Assembly: GCA_029257335.1 (NCBI GenBank)
Contig: JARIBV010000026.1
Coordinates: 78-64,077 of the forward strand
Origin: Faecousia sp.
GTDB taxonomy: Bacteria; Bacillota; Clostridia; Oscillospirales; Oscillospiraceae
Direction: 5' to 3'
Length of the DNA: 64,000 nucleotides
Part shown: positions 59,886-64,000 of the stretch, piece by piece
Numbering within the stretch: the first letter of the stretch is position 1
Layout of the letters: each line of letters begins with the position of its first letter
The notes under the pieces: model-generated
The model's input: the letters and a program-made list of their open reading frames with translations, nothing else
The model's database searches: none
What the model was told of the DNA's origin: nothing
Program-made: the position numbers and the translations under genes

Positions 59886-60545
59886 TTACAACATCTCATG
59901 TAAGTTACTTACATGATGACCGATTAACTCATATGCCCGCTCCAGATTTGGCGGGCGATCTGCCATATTGTGGCAATCTGAACCTAAAATATGGATTTCC
60001 CCCCTGGCAAGCATCTTCATTGCTTTATGGCGGGTTTTCCAGTTGTTGAAAAATGAGGCATTGGACTGCATATGTATCCCGCAGTGTATCAGCTCTTGAC
60101 AAATGCCTTTTGGCTGCCACGAAAGATAACGCTCTATATGCGCCAGCACGACCTGTACATTCTCTTGCTCTTTCAGTTCCAGCACATTGGAAAGCATTCG
60201 GTCCGACCATTTGCGAAAGGGCATTTCCAACAGAAACAGTCTGGTTCCCTCAATACACAGGTCAGATATTCCATCCACCTGACCGATTCCTTCAAAGTAC
60301 TGCACCTCTGCTCCTAAGTACAACCGGGGCATTCCCGGTTCCAAGTTGGGTTTCAGCTTCTGCCAGGCTTCCTCCCGTCGCTTTAAAAACTGCCGGGGGC
60401 TATTTTCATCTGCGTAGAAGTGAGGGGTCAGAACAATCGTTTCAATCCCCTGCCTTGACTCTTCCCGAAGCATTGTCAGACTTTCTGCAACGGACTTACT
60501 GCCATCATCCATTTCGGGCAGGATGTGCGTGTGAAAATCTATCAT
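59886..60545 (-). CDS. CpsB/CapC-type PHP tyrosine phosphatase
   Basis: IDFHTHILPEMDDGS, TPHF, LAHIERY, GSDCH. Confidence 0.92.
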   Translation of the reverse strand: MIDFHTHILPEMDDGSKSVAESLTMLREESRQGIETIVLTPHFYADENSPRQFLKRREEAWQKLKPNLEPGMPRLYLGAEVQYFEGIGQVDGISDLCIEGTRLFLLEMPFRKWSDRMLSNVLELKEQENVQVVLAHIERYLSWQPKGICQELIHCGIHMQSNASFFNNWKTRHKAMKMLARGEIHILGSDCHNMADRPPNLERAYELIGHHVSNLHEML

Positions 60546-60546
60546 T

Positions 60547-61308
60547 TTATTTCTTTGAGGTCTCCTCTTTAGGACGCTTTCCATACCCATAGGTTTTGTC
60601 CCGGCGGTAATTTCCATATCGCTTATAGCTCTTCTGCTGGATATCAGAGCCAGTCATAACAAAGCCCAGAATCTTGGATTTTGCGAACTCCAGCTGACGC
60701 ACGACCTCAGCCAGGTCTCCCTGACTGCAATAATTTTGCCGAACCACCACAACCATGCCGTTGAGCAGATTGGACACAATCAGTGCATCAGATACAATAT
60801 TGACAGGAGGCAGGTCCACGATAATCACATCAAATACCCCTGACATGGCTCGGATCACAGACTCCATCTGTCTGGAACCCAGCAATTCCGCAGGGTTGGG
60901 CGGGACATCTCCTGCTGTAATCACCCGAAGGTTACGCAACAGGCCCGATTCCTGCACCACTTCATTTCCCGTGCATTGGCCCACCAGCAGGTTGGAGATG
61001 CCGGGTTTCGGCTCAATCTTCAGGCGCTTGGCTATGGTAGGCAGGCGCAGATCCGCTTCCAGCAGCAGCACCCGTTTCCCTGTCTGGGCCATGGTGTATG
61101 CAATATTAACCGATGTGGTACTCTTGCCTTCGCCGCGAAGTGCGCTGGTTACGCCGATAACCTTACAGCCTCCTTCATCAGGAAGGCTGAAGTTAAGGTT
61201 TGTTCTGAGCAGTTTATATGCCTCTGCTGCTGCAAAAGACAGCTTGTCGCCAATCATTCTGTGGCTCTCTTCCGGTGTCAGAAGGTCTCTGTTTTTTCCT
61301 TTAGCCAC
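60547..61308 (-). CDS. CpsD/CapB tyrosine kinase
   Basis: EAYKLLRTNL, GEGKSTT, ADLR, PPNPAELL, DLPP and a Tyr-rich tail. Confidence 0.93.
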   Translation of the reverse strand: MAKGKNRDLLTPEESHRMIGDKLSFAAAEAYKLLRTNLNFSLPDEGGCKVIGVTSALRGEGKSTTSVNIAYTMAQTGKRVLLLEADLRLPTIAKRLKIEPKPGISNLLVGQCTGNEVVQESGLLRNLRVITAGDVPPNPAELLGSRQMESVIRAMSGVFDVIIVDLPPVNIVSDALIVSNLLNGMVVVVRQNYCSQGDLAEVVRQLEFAKSKILGFVMTGSDIQQKSYKRYGNYRRDKTYGYGKRPKEETSKK

Positions 61309-62089
61309 GCTTATTCCCTCCCTGCTCACTTGCTTTCAAATACTGGCCCTTGTGCTGACCGGCTCCATAGTAGCCGGAACGATCCTTGGTGGTAGACATC
61401 AGATCCGGGATCACTGCCAGCACAGGAATGTCATAATTCTGGAGCAGATAATCGGAGTCATGAATCAGATCATCACGCAGCTGCGCAACGATAATGATAC
61501 CGCAGGCAAGCAGCACACCCACAAGTGCGCCCAGGGTCACATTCTTCGCCAAGCTGGGAGATGCCTGATGTGCCGGCTCTACTGCATAATCCACGATGCG
61601 GACAGAACTACCCTCCACTACTGAGGCGATTTTACCAGGAAGCACCTGCCCAATGGTATTGGCCAGAAGTTCCGCTTCCTTTGGATCCGGGCTTGTCACT
61701 TCAACTCGGAAAATTTCCGTGGAATTCACCGGGGAGGCAGAAATCATTGTTTCCAGCTGCTCGCAACTATACCCCACGCCGGACTGTTCAATCACTTCGT
61801 TCAGCGTTGTGCGGGTCTTCAAAATAATGATATAAGTATCCACCAGGCTCTGGGCTGCGGTCAGGTCACCCTGACTGATGCTTACCTTGGTGCTGCCAAC
61901 AGAAATCGAACTATTGTTGACATACAGCAATGTACGCGCCTTATACAGAGGGGTCACCAAATACTGCGTATAGGCAAATGCGGCAGAGCCGAAGATCACA
62001 GCCGCCAGAATGATTGCCCACGCCTTGCGCCACAGAGCTCTCATCAGCTTTGCCAAATCCACTTCCATATAGTCTTCGTTTTTTTTCAT
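61301..62089 (-). CDS. Wzz/CpsC polysaccharide chain-length regulator
   Basis: EVDL, TPLYKA, SPSLAKN, IPVLAVIP. Confidence 0.9.
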   Translation of the reverse strand: MKKNEDYMEVDLAKLMRALWRKAWAIILAAVIFGSAAFAYTQYLVTPLYKARTLLYVNNSSISVGSTKVSISQGDLTAAQSLVDTYIIILKTRTTLNEVIEQSGVGYSCEQLETMISASPVNSTEIFRVEVTSPDPKEAELLANTIGQVLPGKIASVVEGSSVRIVDYAVEPAHQASPSLAKNVTLGALVGVLLACGIIIVAQLRDDLIHDSDYLLQNYDIPVLAVIPDLMSTTKDRSGYYGAGQHKGQYLKASEQGGNKRG

Positions 62090-62366
62090 GTCGTGTTTCC
62101 TTTCTAACAGAACAAGTGGTTTCATGCTCTATTACAAGCACAACACATTTCTGCGCAATAATCCCTTTCTTTTCGTTCTATCGTAGATTATACCATATTT
62201 TCTTCGTTTTACAAGTTATATTCATGAGGAATTTTGTGTTTTTTCGCTGTATGTTCTTGTTGATTTCCCCAGTAAAATCAAAACCCGATGCATCAATACC
62301 ACGATATCACTATACCCATCTTCTGAAAGTGCACAGAATTCTGCAGATCGGAGGTTTTGCAGCAGA

Positions 62367-63476
62367 TCACCCGTTCTTTTGCGCTACCATCACGCACTCT
62401 TTGATAATGGTCTCCATTTCCTTCTTATGCGCCTGCATATCTTTGGCCAAGGCGATCTGGCAGCGAGTACGCACCAGATTATGCTCCGGGTAATTGATTT
62501 TAAAATATGGATCTCCCAAAAGATAGTCCGCCAGGAAGCGGGTGGCCAGTTCCACCGTCAGCGTAAAGCAGCTGAGTCCCAAGGTATCAATCTCATCGGC
62601 TGTCAGTGTATTGGCTGTCATCTCCAGGAAGCCCTCTGCAAATGCACGAAATACCTCCAAGTTTATAGCGGCCTTCTCATATTCCTCACAATCTTCCGGA
62701 ACTACATTGGCTGCAAAGCGGATGGCATCACCAAAGTCATGGCCCACCAGGCCCGGCATTACCGTGTCCAAATCGACAACCACAATGGCAGAATTGTCAT
62801 CCGGGTTGAACAATACATTGTTGATCTTTGTATCATTATGGGTCACACGCAGGGGCAGCAGGCCTTTTTCCTGCATATCCGTAAGCTTGCAGGCAGAATC
62901 CCTGACCGACAGCAAAAAGTCAATCTCCGGCTGAACCAACTTGCATCTGCCTGCAGGATCCGCCTGTATGGCCTCTTCCAGCTGCTGATAGCGCAGCTTG
63001 GTATTGTGAAATCCCGGAATTGTTTCAGAAAGCCTGGAGCTGTCAAAATCTGACAGCTGCACCTGAAATTCACCGAAGGCCTTTCCGGCATTTCTCACCA
63101 CCTGTTTATCGATCATGGAACTGTATGTTACCGAGGAGGGGATGAAATTTGTCATTCTCCAGAAATTATCCCCGTCAATGACATAAATTTTACGGTCAGC
63201 CGTATGATGAAAATGCAGCGCAACCTGACCGGGCTTCTTTTTTCTGATATGCTCTGTCACCTGGTCTATATTTTCCATCAGCTGCACGGGATTCTTGAAG
63301 GCATATGTATTGACATTCTGAACCAGATAGGATTTTTGCTCACCGCCGGGCAGTATGAACTGCACTTCATAAGTCTGGTTGACATTTCCAACCTGAATGG
63401 TTCGATGGCCTACATAAGTACCCTCGATACAGAACTGTCTGCTGACCTGTTCCAGCTTTTTATCGATATCCATCAT
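62367..63476 (-). CDS. APH-family sugar kinase (N-acetylhexosamine 1-kinase-like)
   Basis: GNVNQTY, TIPGFHNT, RVTHNDTKINN, DLDTVMPG, DFGDAIR, RFLADYL. Confidence 0.85.
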   Translation of the reverse strand: MMDIDKKLEQVSRQFCIEGTYVGHRTIQVGNVNQTYEVQFILPGGEQKSYLVQNVNTYAFKNPVQLMENIDQVTEHIRKKKPGQVALHFHHTADRKIYVIDGDNFWRMTNFIPSSVTYSSMIDKQVVRNAGKAFGEFQVQLSDFDSSRLSETIPGFHNTKLRYQQLEEAIQADPAGRCKLVQPEIDFLLSVRDSACKLTDMQEKGLLPLRVTHNDTKINNVLFNPDDNSAIVVVDLDTVMPGLVGHDFGDAIRFAANVVPEDCEEYEKAAINLEVFRAFAEGFLEMTANTLTADEIDTLGLSCFTLTVELATRFLADYLLGDPYFKINYPEHNLVRTRCQIALAKDMQAHKKEMETIIKECVMVAQKNG

Positions 63477-63907
63477 AATAAAACCTCTTACATTAGTTTC
63501 TCGGAAGGCATAGCAATTACCTCTGCAACTGCCCTGCTCCTTCTTTCTTTAAAGAGCTGTGATGTCGTTATGCGACAATTTCGCCTTTAGTATACCATAT
63601 AACTCTTTTGATTTCCATACCGTATTTGACTTTTTTCAAACGGGGGGGATCTGTTTTCTTTTTTTAATAATGTTCCATAAATTCAAAAATTCGCCAGATT
63701 TTCCCCGCATTACAGCAAAAAGAAAACTTTGTCCGTCCAAACCGTTTTATCTGGCCGTCCAAAGTTTTCTGATTTTCATAAACACATGCGTCGGGTCATG
63801 TAAATTTCCTATGCAATAAAGTTTCCTATGATCCATGCATGGATTTTCTTTCCGGGAAAAGATCGGACAAAAAAAAAGACGCTCTACAGCGTCTTTTCGA
63901 GTTGTTT

Positions 63908-63983
63908 TGGTGACCCGCTGGAGATTCGAACTCCAGACCCATTGCTTAAAAGGCAATTGCTCTGCCAACTGAGCTAGCGGGTC
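63908..63983 (-). tRNA. tRNA-Lys(TTT)
   Basis: GACCCGCTAGCTCAGTTGGCAGAGCAATTGCCTTTTAAGCAATGGGTCTGGAGTTCGAATCTCCAGCGGGTCACCA. Confidence 0.97.
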
Positions 63984-63984
63984 A

Positions 63985-64000
63985 TGGCTGGGATGGCAGG
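63985..64000 (-). tRNA. 3' end of another tRNA (probably Gln), truncated by the window
   Basis: Minus strand reads CCTGCCATCCCAGCCA (acceptor 3' strand plus CCA). The anticodon is outside the window. Confidence 0.6.

Overview
Chromosomal window from an anaerobic Bacillota (Clostridia; Oscillospiraceae-like gene content, inferred). Left to right: end of a glycine/sarcosine/betaine reductase operon (grdE partial; grdB with an in-frame selenocysteine UGA and SECIS hairpin); a minus-strand iron-uptake cluster (feoA-feoB-Cys-rich microprotein-DUF3793-flavodoxin-CydDC-like ABC-YgbA-YbaN) with two copies of a GTTAG-N6-CTAAC operator; SPFH, MATE and SLH genes; two candidate sRNAs next to mntP; a VanRS-like two-component system in front of a C39 peptidase; a cobalamin riboswitch controlling a 1180-aa S-layer-anchored protein; a trimeric [FeFe] hydrogenase operon; a ribosome/RNA cluster (small basic protein, L25, YfcE-type phosphoesterase, YhaM); an accessory minus-strand gene array and an IS200 remnant downstream of tRNA-Ala(GGC); a capsule/EPS regulatory block; and tRNA-Lys(TTT) plus a partial tRNA. 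The best novel candidate is a small Lys/Arg-rich ORF (35515-35772) with a GNRA-capped intrinsic terminator inside its coding region. This would yield a nonstop mRNA, the regulatory signature of the tmRNA-controlled ribosome-rescue factors ArfA and BrfA, suggesting an uncharacterised clostridial rescue factor. All family assignments come from motif recognition by eye; no database searches were run.
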